From Promethearchaeota archaeon (GTDB lineage Archaea; Asgardarchaeota; Lokiarchaeia; Sigyniarchaeales; SOKP01): a stretch of 64,000 bases of DNA. This document shows positions 27,810-37,972 of this stretch, piece after piece. The stretch's first letter is position 1; each line of letters begins with the position of its first letter. The DNA lies in NCBI GenBank assembly GCA_011364925.1, contig RDOA01000013.1:1-64000 (forward strand), given 5' to 3'. Position numbers and translations under genes: made by a program. The notes under the pieces are model-generated. The model saw only the letters and a list, made by a program, of their open reading frames with translations. It had not been told where the DNA came from and searched no databases.

Positions 27810-28763
27810 TTATTTAGTTGCTTTTTTCAAATACCATAATATTAAAGGTAATGCGATTGTAGCATCAGCAATAACCGTTGAATATTTAGCTTTTTCATTT
27901 ACCTTTCCCCAAGATACTGCTTCGGTCAATGTGGCACCAGATAAACCACCTTGTTCTGGACGGTCCATTGTTATCTGAATTGCATACGATGCTGAATTAG
28001 GACAAAATTGAAGCGATTGCATTATAAAATTTTTTGGTACTCCTCCTCCAACGATACACACTCCAGCTTTTTTTGCATCCCACGCTAAATCTACCATTTT
28101 TAACATGTCTATGAAATGATTAAAATTTAAATTCTGGTGATGAAATCCTAATTGCAATGCCAAACCTGAATCAGTAAACGCTGGACAAAAGATAGGAATA
28201 TTCTTTTCTGCGCAAATTTTTAAAATAGAATTATCGTTTTTTGGGAGTGTGTCTCCAAGGAACTTTAAAAATGAGCTTACAGGCATATTTGGATCAGGAA
28301 TTTCCAATTTTGATACAAATCCCTCAATGCCCTCGTACACATTATTAGGCAAAAACACATCATAAATCCGGTTTAAATCTTGGTTATGTAGCTCAGAATC
28401 GCTCATTTCTGTAACATTTAAATTCCCTTGTAAATGATGAAAACCTAGAGTTTCTGCGATATCATGAGTTAAAGAAGCTCCCGTAGTAACAAGAATATCA
28501 ATATATCCCTCTTCTATAAAATCGTGGATAATTTTTTGCATTCCTGCTGGAACTAACGCTCCTGCTAATCCAAAAAATTTTACGCAATCCTTATCCCGAA
28601 TCATTTGTTTATAAATTTCGCACGCAATAGCGAGGCGTTTCGCGTTAAATCCCGTACTTTTTAAAGAAGACATTAAATTAACAATATCATCATCATCTTC
28701 TATTTTAAACTGATTTACTTCCTTCATTAATTCTCTAATATTCTCTTTTGTTATAATTATCAC
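27810..28763 (-). CDS. dys: Deoxyhypusine synthase
   Basis: 'GF.A..L', 'AGALVPAG', 'TTGA..HD', 'CPAFTDS', 'GGGVPKN', 'GGLSGAT..EAVSWGK', 'DATIALP'. Confidence 0.93.
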   Translation of the reverse strand: MIIITKENIRELMKEVNQFKIEDDDDIVNLMSSLKSTGFNAKRLAIACEIYKQMIRDKDCVKFFGLAGALVPAGMQKIIHDFIEEGYIDILVTTGASLTHDIAETLGFHHLQGNLNVTEMSDSELHNQDLNRIYDVFLPNNVYEGIEGFVSKLEIPDPNMPVSSFLKFLGDTLPKNDNSILKICAEKNIPIFCPAFTDSGLALQLGFHHQNLNFNHFIDMLKMVDLAWDAKKAGVCIVGGGVPKNFIMQSLQFCPNSASYAIQITMDRPEQGGLSGATLTEAVSWGKVNEKAKYSTVIADATIALPLILWYLKKATK

Positions 28764-28764
28764 T

Positions 28765-29667
28765 TTATTTTGTTGTGGAAATAAAAGAAATTAATTCAAT
28801 TATTAATTTGGCTGCAAGGTTTGAAGTTACATTATTAGCGAGATCTAAATTAGGATATACTTCTACTAAATCAAAACCAATTATACTAATGCTTTTTGTG
28901 AGTTGTCTAAAAATTTGCCATAACTCACGATAGGAAAGTCCACCAGGGATAGCATATCCTGTTCCAGGTGCTATGGAGGGATCCAAAACATCGATATCTA
29001 TTGAGACATAAACGCTGTTTATTTGAGTTTTCTTAAAGAATTCAATGATTTTTTCGGCGAATGAGTCTACTCCGATGTCGTGAAGCAAATACGCGTTCAA
29101 ATGGGATATGTGTTCGTTTTTAGCGATATCTAACTCCGGGATGTCTATATCTCTCGTGCCAACAATAAGCAAATTGTTTTGGGAGATGAAATCTAAATCG
29201 TAAATACGATGTGAGACAGTTGCGTGAGAATATTCACCCTTATCGTAATTATCGTATAGATCGAGATGAGCATCGAAGATAAGGATTCCCACATTGTCTT
29301 TATCATCTATCAAATACTCAATTGTTTTTATAACGGGGTATGTGCAGAAATGATCACCTCCAACCATTATTGGGATCGCATTTTTATTTTGTTTAAATAT
29401 CGAGTTTATAAAACGGGAAATCTCTTTAATGTTGGTTTCTGTATTCAATGGGTCAATGCGTACGTCTCCAACATCTACAACTCTCAAATTTGGTATCTCT
29501 ATTCCCATTTCAGTTGTTAAAGCTAAATTTTTTGTTATTTCACGTATCTTTTGTGGAGCTTTTGAGGAATCTGCCCCTTCAAGAGTACTTAGAGAGTCCC
29601 AGGGGATTCCAAAAAACACAAATTCTGTAAAACTATCAATCATTTCGCCAAAATCAAAAAATGTCAT
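28765..29667 (-). CDS. speB: Agmatinase (ureohydrolase family)
   Basis: 'GGDH', 'FDAHLD', 'SIDIDVLDP..APGTG...PGGL'. Confidence 0.88.
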   Translation of the reverse strand: MTFFDFGEMIDSFTEFVFFGIPWDSLSTLEGADSSKAPQKIREITKNLALTTEMGIEIPNLRVVDVGDVRIDPLNTETNIKEISRFINSIFKQNKNAIPIMVGGDHFCTYPVIKTIEYLIDDKDNVGILIFDAHLDLYDNYDKGEYSHATVSHRIYDLDFISQNNLLIVGTRDIDIPELDIAKNEHISHLNAYLLHDIGVDSFAEKIIEFFKKTQINSVYVSIDIDVLDPSIAPGTGYAIPGGLSYRELWQIFRQLTKSISIIGFDLVEVYPNLDLANNVTSNLAAKLIIELISFISTTK

Positions 29668-29689
29668 GATAAAATCTCGTTTTTTTAAA

Positions 29690-31423
29690 TCACATTTGAT
29701 TTAATGTGTCTATGCCCATTATATCTAGTCCAATTTTGATGACAATTTGGACACACATAATAAGCAAGAGTCTTGCTTTTTCTAGTTCTTTATCATCAGA
29801 TAGCACTTGACACACAGAATAAAATGAATTAAAGGCTTGACATAAGGTAAGTAGATATTGAGGGATTAAATGAATAAGGTACGTTTTTTCCACAGTTTCA
29901 ATTATTTCAGGAAAATATGCGAGTTGTTTAATTAAAAATCGTTCCTTTTCATGGGTCAATAATTGCCAATTTATGTTCAAATCTATATCTTGATCAGTTT
30001 TTGAGATTATAGATGCGATTCTAGCGAAACAATACTGAATATAAGGACCTGTTTCACCCTCAAATGATATGCTCTCATCTGGTTTAAATATAAATCCTTT
30101 AGCATAATTATACTTCAATATATAGAATATGATTGCTGCCAAACTAATTTTTTCTGCTCTACTTTTCTTTTCACTATCAGATAACAATGGATACCTTTTA
30201 TTAACCTCTTCAAATGCGAGTTTTTCTACTTCTTCTATAACATCATCTGCATCAACAATCGTTCCTTCTCGGCTTTTCATTTTTCCGCTAGGTAAATCGA
30301 TCATTCCATACGATAAGTGGAAATTATCTTCCTTAAAACCCAGCATATCCAAAAGAGCAAAAAGCCACTTGAAGTGTTGTATTTGTTCATCAGCCACTAC
30401 ATAAATGGATTTGTCGTAATTGAAATCTTCCTTCTTCCTATAAGCTAAGTAAATATCTTGGGTTATGTAGATAGAAGTCCCATCACTTCTAATTAAGATT
30501 TTATCTTCAAGATTATATTTATCTTTTAACCTCGCAATAACGGCTCCATCATCAGTATATTCAAATATTCCTTCCTTAAGTCCATCTAGAATCTTCTCTT
30601 TGCCTGAAAGATACAACTCATGCTCATAATATTCTTTGTCAAATTTTATGTCAAATTTAGCAAATGTTTTCTTAAAACCATCTATAGCCCATTGATTCAT
30701 CTTATTCCATAAATCAAGTGTTTCTTTATCTCCAGCTTCCCAGGATATCAATAAATCTTGAGCTTCCTTGGCTAAGGATTCATCTTCTTTAGCCTTATTA
30801 TTATAAAGCACATAAAAATCTCCGACAAAATGATCGCTTTTTCTATCTGGTTCTATTCCATTTCCCCATTTTTTATAAGCAAGCATACTTTTACAGATAT
30901 GAATTCCACGGTCATTATATAAATTAACTTGAAAAACTTCATGCTTTTTGTATTGTAACAAATTGGACAAAGATTTTCCTAAAACAATATTTCTTACATG
31001 ACCAAAATGGAGTGGTTTATTAGTGTTTGGAGAAGGATACTCAATTACAATCCTTTGTTTATTTTTTTTTTCTGAGTCATATCTTCCTATTCCGTAATCA
31101 CTTTTTAACTCGAAAATATTTTGAAGTATAGACTTTGGATTAATTTTAAAATTTAAGTACGGACCAGTTGCTTCTATTTTTTCAATGAACTCTGGTTTAA
31201 CAATCTTACCTAATAATTCTTGAGCTATTTGATTTGGAGCTTTTTTGAGAAATTTTGAAAGTTTGAAACAAGGAAATGCGTAGGTGAAGTCAATTTCCGG
31301 AGGAGGAATTTCAATTGATGATTCTATTTCTTCTACGCTAAGCCCTGAAATATATTCTTTCAGAAGCTCTGCTATTGATCTTTTATCAATCAGTTTCATT
31401 TTCAGTTTCCTTTCGACTTCCAA
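29690..31423 (-). CDS. argS: Arginyl-tRNA synthetase
   Basis: 'EYPSPNTNKPLHFGHVRN', 'KMKSREG', 'FEGETGPYIQY', 'FNSFY'. Confidence 0.96.
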   Translation of the reverse strand: MEVERKLKMKLIDKRSIAELLKEYISGLSVEEIESSIEIPPPEIDFTYAFPCFKLSKFLKKAPNQIAQELLGKIVKPEFIEKIEATGPYLNFKINPKSILQNIFELKSDYGIGRYDSEKKNKQRIVIEYPSPNTNKPLHFGHVRNIVLGKSLSNLLQYKKHEVFQVNLYNDRGIHICKSMLAYKKWGNGIEPDRKSDHFVGDFYVLYNNKAKEDESLAKEAQDLLISWEAGDKETLDLWNKMNQWAIDGFKKTFAKFDIKFDKEYYEHELYLSGKEKILDGLKEGIFEYTDDGAVIARLKDKYNLEDKILIRSDGTSIYITQDIYLAYRKKEDFNYDKSIYVVADEQIQHFKWLFALLDMLGFKEDNFHLSYGMIDLPSGKMKSREGTIVDADDVIEEVEKLAFEEVNKRYPLLSDSEKKSRAEKISLAAIIFYILKYNYAKGFIFKPDESISFEGETGPYIQYCFARIASIISKTDQDIDLNINWQLLTHEKERFLIKQLAYFPEIIETVEKTYLIHLIPQYLLTLCQAFNSFYSVCQVLSDDKELEKARLLLIMCVQIVIKIGLDIMGIDTLNQM

Positions 31424-31499
31424 ACTTTATATTTCTCTATTGAATGAAACTTTTATCTGTTTTGTTAAATTTATTTAGAATAACTCATAAAATTTATGA

Positions 31500-32744
31500 T
31501 TGTCTATTAATAAAAGGGTTGATTTACTTATGCCGTTTGAACAAGAAGCGAGAAAAAATTTTCCTAAATGGCCTATTTACAACGATGAAGATATAGAAGC
31601 TCTAACAAATGTTATAAACTCGGGTAATTGGTGGTGTGGGGCTCCCGGTGCGCACCAAGGAAATAATGTTTGGGCGTTTCAGGAAGAATTTTCAAAGCTT
31701 CAAGGAGCAAAATACTGTGTAGCGGTTTGTAATGGCACTGTGGCGATAGAAGCTGCGCTAATGGGGTTAGATATCGGTCTGGGTGACGAGGTAATAGTTC
31801 CTGATTATACTTTCGTAGCCTCGGCCTCAGCAGTAATTGCAACGAATGCGATTCCAATATTTTGTGATATAGATCCCGAGACTCTCGTATTAGATGTTAA
31901 TAAGATTGAGAAATTAATCTCAAAAAGAACCAAAGCTATCGTACCCGTTCACTTAGGAGGGAATCCTACAGATATGGAACCTCTAATGGAAATTGCTACC
32001 AAACTTGATTTGTGCGTGGTCGAGGATTGTGCTCACGCGCATGGTTCAGTATATAAAGATAAAAAAGTGGGAAATTGGGGCAACGCGGGCGCCTTTAGTT
32101 TTCAAGCGTCAAAAGTTCTTACAAGTGGAGAAGGGGGAGCTATACTTTGTAATACTGAAGAATTAGCCGATAAAATTTATTCTTATATTGATTGTGGGAG
32201 GAAGAAGAATCAACACTTTTATAAGCATTTCTCTTATGGGACGAATTATAGAATGACAGAATACCAAGCAGCAGTTTTAAGAACTCAAATAAAGAAATTT
32301 CCCACGCAACATGAGCTTCGAAATGAAAATGCCCGTTACTTGATGAATAAATTAAACGAAATTGATGGTATAAAAACAATGAAACCTACTCTGGGAACTA
32401 CTAGTTTAGGATGGTATGTGTTTCCTATCGTGTTTGAGCCTGATAAATTTGGAGGAATGACCAAATTAGAATTTAAAAGAAAACTGAACAGAAATGGAAT
32501 CCCAACCGATGATAATTATCCTCCTCTTCACAGTTTAGATTGTTTTAAAGTTCCCAATTTAAAAAAAGGAATTGATTATTCTGATGCTAATTGGGGTGGA
32601 GAAAAAAGCAGCGATATAAATTTCCCTATTGTATCTGATATTTTCTCAAGAAGTATAGAATTCCCCCAACAAATGCTTTTAGCTAGTAAAGAAAAATTGG
32701 ATAATGTAGTAGACTTTGTTAAATCATTAAAACAAATGTCATAA
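31500..32744 (+). CDS. DegT-family aminotransferase, AHBA-synthase/aminocyclitol aminotransferase-like
   Basis: 'FP.WP.Y....L..V..SGNWW', 'NGT.A', 'EDCAHAHG', 'FSFQASK.LT.GEGG'. Confidence 0.88.
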   Translation: MSINKRVDLLMPFEQEARKNFPKWPIYNDEDIEALTNVINSGNWWCGAPGAHQGNNVWAFQEEFSKLQGAKYCVAVCNGTVAIEAALMGLDIGLGDEVIVPDYTFVASASAVIATNAIPIFCDIDPETLVLDVNKIEKLISKRTKAIVPVHLGGNPTDMEPLMEIATKLDLCVVEDCAHAHGSVYKDKKVGNWGNAGAFSFQASKVLTSGEGGAILCNTEELADKIYSYIDCGRKKNQHFYKHFSYGTNYRMTEYQAAVLRTQIKKFPTQHELRNENARYLMNKLNEIDGIKTMKPTLGTTSLGWYVFPIVFEPDKFGGMTKLEFKRKLNRNGIPTDDNYPPLHSLDCFKVPNLKKGIDYSDANWGGEKSSDINFPIVSDIFSRSIEFPQQMLLASKEKLDNVVDFVKSLKQMS

Positions 32745-32753
32745 AAGAAACAC

Positions 32754-33797
32754 TCAAACTACTTCTTCTAGCTTTTTTGATTTTGCACTCTTATACAGTG
32801 TTTCAACTATATTTAAAATTTTATAACCAAATTCGCTATTAGTAAGAGGTTTTTGATTCTTTAACATACAATCGATGAAGTAAGCAATCTCTTGAGGATA
32901 ACCAAAAGACCAAGCTTCAGAAGGCACTGGAAAGGTCCAACCCTTCGTAGTTTCAGCTTTTTCTACCGCGTAGCCGTATCCGTTTTTGCTATACACACTC
33001 ATTAAATTAGAGAAAGTAGGAGCCACTTTTATTTGACCCTCTGTCCCAAATAATTCAAATCTCATATCGTACCCTCCAGGAGCCGTCCAAGACTCTTCAA
33101 TTATTACCTGTGCGTCGTTTTCAAAATACATTACTCCGATTGCGTTGTCTTCCACTTCGCAAGCTCCAAAAATCCCTCGATCTGGTTGAATAGTCTTAAC
33201 TTGACAGAAAACTTCTCTAACATCACAATCAAGGTACCAAACTAAGCACGCAACATCGTGTATTCCTAAATCTAATAAAGCACCACCTCCAGAATCTTCC
33301 AGCTTGTAAAACCAGCTAGAGTGCGGTCCTGAATGTTGTTCTTTACCTCGCCCCATATAAATATTTCCTAAAGCACCCTCCTGAACAATTTCTTTAACTT
33401 TGCTGAACGAAGGAGCATACATATTGTTTTCGCAATAAAAAATCACTTTTTTCGATGATTTTTCCATGTCTAACATTTCACTTGCTTCTAAAGTGTTTTT
33501 AGCTAAAGGTTTTTCTACAAGTGCGTGTTTACCAGATTGCAAAATATCACAGGTAATATCCTTATGTAAGTTATTTGGAACACAAGCAGAGATGGCATCA
33601 CACTCCATTCGTAATAGTTCTCTATAATCTTTATAGTAGTTTTGGTCAATATTGTATTTCTTTAAAAGAATTTCGGCTTCTTTTTTGTTATTCGAGGCTA
33701 TTCCTACAATTTCTACATTTGGTAATAATGAATACGAATAGCAATGGTGATCAGCAATAAAACCAGAGCCAATTATTCCTACTTTAATTTTAGTCAT
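32754..33797 (-). CDS. Gfo/Idh/MocA family oxidoreductase
   Basis: 'GIIGSGFIA', 'VEKP', 'GGGALLDLGIH', 'VEDNA'. Confidence 0.92.
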   Translation of the reverse strand: MTKIKVGIIGSGFIADHHCYSYSLLPNVEIVGIASNNKKEAEILLKKYNIDQNYYKDYRELLRMECDAISACVPNNLHKDITCDILQSGKHALVEKPLAKNTLEASEMLDMEKSSKKVIFYCENNMYAPSFSKVKEIVQEGALGNIYMGRGKEQHSGPHSSWFYKLEDSGGGALLDLGIHDVACLVWYLDCDVREVFCQVKTIQPDRGIFGACEVEDNAIGVMYFENDAQVIIEESWTAPGGYDMRFELFGTEGQIKVAPTFSNLMSVYSKNGYGYAVEKAETTKGWTFPVPSEAWSFGYPQEIAYFIDCMLKNQKPLTNSEFGYKILNIVETLYKSAKSKKLEEVV

Positions 33798-33867
33798 AAG
33801 AAGAATCCCTATACAATTATAAATTAATTATAATTTAGGTTTTCAAATTTATAATTATAGCTGGAAT

Positions 33868-34980
33868 TTACTTCCAAAATTCAGAAGAAGTGCTGAAGCT
33901 TTGAATCTTAGAAAATGGACACGCTGCTATACAATTGCCACAATCTCCCGAATTTTCAATCCAAAAATCAAAACATTTCTCTACATCTACATAGTATTTT
34001 CTAACACATGAATTGTTGGAAATAGAAGCTGGTTCGAACGTAGGATCTATTTCTTTTGTAATAGCTCCAGTTTCACAAGCATCAGCGCACTTATAACATG
34101 TTCTACATACTTCTTTAACCTTTTCAATAAAGCTTAAGTTTATATCATCAGTTATTAAAGGCATATCTGTAAAAACTTTACAGATCCTAACTCTCGGACC
34201 ATATTCTGGTGTGAGTAATAATCCATTTCTCCCAAGTGCCCCTAAACCAGCATCAATCGCGAGTGGAATACTAAGTGCAGTGTCATTACCGCATTGGACT
34301 GCTCGATATCCTAAATTTCTAATGAATTCTCCAAGGCAAGCAATTGCGAAAGCCATTTTTGAATAGCCCACAGCAGCAGCTGCCGAAGCCGGTTGCGCAG
34401 GAGCTGTTGAAATTGCCACTTGATCCATTTCGATGGCCATTACTATTACTTTATCCATCCCTTCTGGTAATTCTATAGGAGTTTCTAATATTGAAACGGG
34501 TGCGTCCCCTTTTCTAATAGCTTCTTTTGAATCTGTTTCGCTAGTTGCTGCTGGCCTTATAAATCCTGATTTATAAATCCATTTCGTATCAACATTCGCA
34601 ACACCAACTAGAGATGCCCCGTAAAATTTGGCTGCTTTTTTCACTTTTGCGGTAAATGTTTTTAAATCACTTATACGATATTTTTTTCTCATCCAGTTTA
34701 CGCCATATCCAATGTCCATTAAATCCTCTCTACGCCAAGTGAAAGCAAATGGAAATTTTTCATATACGGTCCATCCTGCTGCAACCAATGCAAAATCTAT
34801 TCTTGAATATCCGTCCTCTCCTGAGTTAATATGTTTATCAATATTATATTCAAACATCTTTCCATACGTAGGTAAGGATTTATCCCATAATCTCCTATAA
34901 ATCATGTTAAATTTCTGCTCGAAACGATTGTAAGATGTTTCATCAATTTCATAGGGAAATACTTGCTTTTTTGCTTGCAT
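33868..34980 (-). CDS. Reductive dehalogenase-like cobalamin/2x[4Fe-4S] protein
   Basis: 'VKKAAKFYGASLVG', 'YSKM...L.EFIRNLGY.A', 'SIPLAIDAGLG.LGR.G.L.TPEYGPRVR..KVFTD.P', CxxCxxCxxxC and C...W...CxxCxxxCP. Confidence 0.85.
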   Translation of the reverse strand: MQAKKQVFPYEIDETSYNRFEQKFNMIYRRLWDKSLPTYGKMFEYNIDKHINSGEDGYSRIDFALVAAGWTVYEKFPFAFTWRREDLMDIGYGVNWMRKKYRISDLKTFTAKVKKAAKFYGASLVGVANVDTKWIYKSGFIRPAATSETDSKEAIRKGDAPVSILETPIELPEGMDKVIVMAIEMDQVAISTAPAQPASAAAAVGYSKMAFAIACLGEFIRNLGYRAVQCGNDTALSIPLAIDAGLGALGRNGLLLTPEYGPRVRICKVFTDMPLITDDINLSFIEKVKEVCRTCYKCADACETGAITKEIDPTFEPASISNNSCVRKYYVDVEKCFDFWIENSGDCGNCIAACPFSKIQSFSTSSEFWK

Positions 34981-35113
34981 CTCAATCCTTATTCTCTATT
35001 AAATTCTTTTTAACTACTTCTTAAAAGATAATCTTGTATTAAATATTATCTTAAAGCATGTAATATAAAATTTTGAGAAGAAATTTATAAGTAAAAGAAT
35101 CATCTATTTCTCT

Positions 35114-35407
35114 ATGCCGATATTTATTTTAGCAACTAAACTTCAAAACCCTAATTTAGTGAAAAATCGGAAGGAACACGGTGAAGAATTCTTAAGATTA
35201 GTTAAAGATAAGGTGCCTAGTGTTTCGTGGATCGCACATTACGCGATTCTTGGACCGTATGACTTTATAGATATTTTTAAAGCCGAAAACGAGCACCAAG
35301 CAGCGAAAGTGTCTTTACTTTCCCGTACTACTGGCGCTGCCTTTGCTGAAAGCTGGACAGCAATTAAATACCCCGAATTTCTCAAATTAGTAGAAGATTT
35401 AGAATAA
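35114..35407 (+). CDS. GYD-domain protein
   Basis: 'YAILGPYDFIDIF.A....AAK.SL.....G....E.WTA'. Confidence 0.8.
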   Translation: MPIFILATKLQNPNLVKNRKEHGEEFLRLVKDKVPSVSWIAHYAILGPYDFIDIFKAENEHQAAKVSLLSRTTGAAFAESWTAIKYPEFLKLVEDLE

Positions 35408-35425
35408 TAGAATTGTTGTTTTGCT

Positions 35426-35794
35426 ATGAAGAGGTTTCTAGTACAAATAGGGTCAGGTGTAGATCAACATGGACATAACGACGATTGCACTAATGCTGCG
35501 ATAAAGGCAATTAAAAACGCAATCTCAAATAATTGTTTGACAGGATTATCAGAAATCTGTGAAATAAAAGAACCAAAAGACCTGAATAAAATGTTTGTCC
35601 ATGTAAAAATTGGTGCTCCATATCCTGATAAAATCAAAAAGGAGAAAGTATTGAAAGCTATCCCATTTGGTACAAAATCAGTTGAAATAGAAAAGGGAGG
35701 TTTAGTCGCTGAGGGAATAATGATTAAAGAACTAGGAGATACTACTGATAAAATACTTGTTTGTAACGCAGCAGTCACAGTGTTAATTAACTAA
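35426..35794 (+). CDS. Lin0512 family protein
   Basis: 'G.GVDQHG...T.AA.KA..NAI..N', 'IPFG', 'GGL', 'NAAV.V'. Confidence 0.82.
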   Translation: MKRFLVQIGSGVDQHGHNDDCTNAAIKAIKNAISNNCLTGLSEICEIKEPKDLNKMFVHVKIGAPYPDKIKKEKVLKAIPFGTKSVEIEKGGLVAEGIMIKELGDTTDKILVCNAAVTVLIN

Positions 35795-35799
35795 AGTTT

Positions 35800-36384
35800 T
35801 TGGTGAATAAAGTGGTTGAAAGGTGCAAGTGGGCAGATTACGACGATCTAATGAAGGAATATCACGATAAAGAATGGGGAACTCCTCAACATGAAGATAA
35901 AATGCTCTACGAACTTTTGATCTTGGAAGGTATGCAAGCAGGACTGAGCTGGAACACCATACTTAAAAAAAGGGTTAATTTCAAAAACGCTTTTGATGAT
36001 TTTGATTATGAAAAAATCGTGAAGTACAGTGAGAAGAAAGTTGAAGAATTGATGCAGAATGAAGGGATTATCAGAAATAGACTCAAAATACAATCCATAA
36101 TCACGAATGCTAAAGCTTTTATAAAGGTTCAAGAAGAATTTGGCTCGTTCGATAATTATATTTGGGGTTTTGTTAATTATAAACAGATTCAAAATTCGTG
36201 GAAAAATCTTGAAGAATTACCATCAAGTACAGATCTTTCCAATAGTATTAGCAAAGATATGAAAAAAAGAGGATTTAAATTCATCGGGACTACGATTATT
36301 TACGCTTTTTTACAAGCAATTGGCGTTGTTAATGATCATACCACTAATTGCTTCCGTTATAAAGTACTGCTAAAATCACCTTAG
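35800..36384 (+). CDS. tag: DNA-3-methyladenine glycosylase I
   Basis: 'RC.W', 'YHD.EWG.P', 'LEG.QAGLSW.TIL.KR', 'IIRNRLKI', 'NDH...C'. Confidence 0.95.
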   Translation: MVNKVVERCKWADYDDLMKEYHDKEWGTPQHEDKMLYELLILEGMQAGLSWNTILKKRVNFKNAFDDFDYEKIVKYSEKKVEELMQNEGIIRNRLKIQSIITNAKAFIKVQEEFGSFDNYIWGFVNYKQIQNSWKNLEELPSSTDLSNSISKDMKKRGFKFIGTTIIYAFLQAIGVVNDHTTNCFRYKVLLKSP

Positions 36385-37688
36385 TTTGCCTTAAGATTCT
36401 CTAATCCGATTTCGTTCTCCGCGTAATTCTTCAAGGCAATCCATTGGGATTCACTCGTTCCATAGTACTTGAATACACCTATTCCTAATCCGAAATCAAA
36501 AGTTCTAATTTGTTTTAACATCTCTTGAGCATTACACTCGACCGAGTTCGTAACTGCTAATACCGGATTCTTGTATTCATGGATTCTTTTTTTCATATTT
36601 CTTTTGAAATACCAGTAGAAAAGATCGCCCACTTTACCCCAATACCACCCATCGTCTCGCGTCCCCATTAAGTAAGGATATTCCATAGGAATTGAGATGT
36701 CCAAGATAGACGATAATTTTCCCCAATCTTGTCCGTGTCTCTTTAAAGTGAATAATTTTTTTGGTCCAACCTGGCTGTACCATCCTGTTATACAGCTTTT
36801 GTCAATACTTTTTACAGCGTTCTGAACTTTCTGAGCATAACTAGCAATTGTATTCGTTTTAAAATCAATCCAATCGTTGCTTTTAATAATTCTTGCGTTT
36901 TCGCCGTATTCTATTTTGAACTTCTTTACACATCGTTCACATGCGCATAAATCCGTAAAGGAACCATCATATCTAATGTAATCAGCTGTAAAAGCTTTAA
37001 TCGGGTAATTTTTGACTATCTCTTTAATAAGTTCTACTAAATAATCGACATGAGTGCTATTAGGGCACATAAAACTTTCGGTAGGAATAAAGCCACTGCC
37101 TCTGGCATTCCTCTTCTTACCAATCTTTTCATCCTTTCTATTTGTTAGAAACGGAATCTTTTTCTGATATTCTTCCAACGAAGTTCCCTCGGGTAAATCT
37201 ATTCTCATTTCTCCCGCATCATGAGTAGAAATTTCTCCTTTGTAGTGTTTCCTGCCGAACTTTTCACCATTTTTACCATGGACGCTAACCCTTTCAGGAT
37301 GCAAATATCCTTGATAAGCATCGTTCATACTAGTAAAAGAAACCATAATACGAATATTTCTATCTTTACCAGCGTCACAGAATTCTCCTAAAAGATCTCG
37401 TTTAATTGGATTCCAACCTATTCTAGTATCCCAAGTACAAGCTCCGTCCGTGTCTTTTATCACTAAACCAAAAGTATTGAAATGACACTCTTCAAGTTTA
37501 TTCATAATTTTTACTACATCAAGTTTTTTCTCAGCAAACTCGTAATCTAGTTTTCTAAACCCTATTGGTCCCCTTACGGGCATTAATCCCATAGCGAATA
37601 CTTTACTGGCTCCTAAATCGTTGCGTATGACTTCAAGTTGATCACTTGTAAAAGTCATGTATTTCGACCAGTCTATTTTGTCGACCAT
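36381..37688 (-). CDS. Putative glycoside-hydrolase-like TIM-barrel protein
   Basis: 'RDLLGEF..A....I', 'CPNS....Y...IKEIV.NY', 'DYIRY', 'C.C..C', 'QDW', 'PM.Y' resemble GHL6/GHL10-like proteins. Confidence 0.6.
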   Translation of the reverse strand: MVDKIDWSKYMTFTSDQLEVIRNDLGASKVFAMGLMPVRGPIGFRKLDYEFAEKKLDVVKIMNKLEECHFNTFGLVIKDTDGACTWDTRIGWNPIKRDLLGEFCDAGKDRNIRIMVSFTSMNDAYQGYLHPERVSVHGKNGEKFGRKHYKGEISTHDAGEMRIDLPEGTSLEEYQKKIPFLTNRKDEKIGKKRNARGSGFIPTESFMCPNSTHVDYLVELIKEIVKNYPIKAFTADYIRYDGSFTDLCACERCVKKFKIEYGENARIIKSNDWIDFKTNTIASYAQKVQNAVKSIDKSCITGWYSQVGPKKLFTLKRHGQDWGKLSSILDISIPMEYPYLMGTRDDGWYWGKVGDLFYWYFKRNMKKRIHEYKNPVLAVTNSVECNAQEMLKQIRTFDFGLGIGVFKYYGTSESQWIALKNYAENEIGLENLKAN

Positions 37689-37972
37689 AGTATCACTTGA
37701 ATCTTTCGAATGTTGTATTAGTTAAATTCTAGGTTCAAAGTAATTATTTCATTATACATATTGAAATCGATAATTTTTTAAGAGAATTTTTTTAGTAAAT
37801 TTTTAAGAAGTTATAGAATTTTTAATAATTCATTCATTTAAACATTTATATATGTCAAAACGATTAATATATAATTGAAATCAAATTAAAATACATACTG
37901 AACCCATTATTTCATTAAAGAAGACGAAATAGAAGGACTTTAAATATGAGCTTGGAGGAATATTGAACTAAA

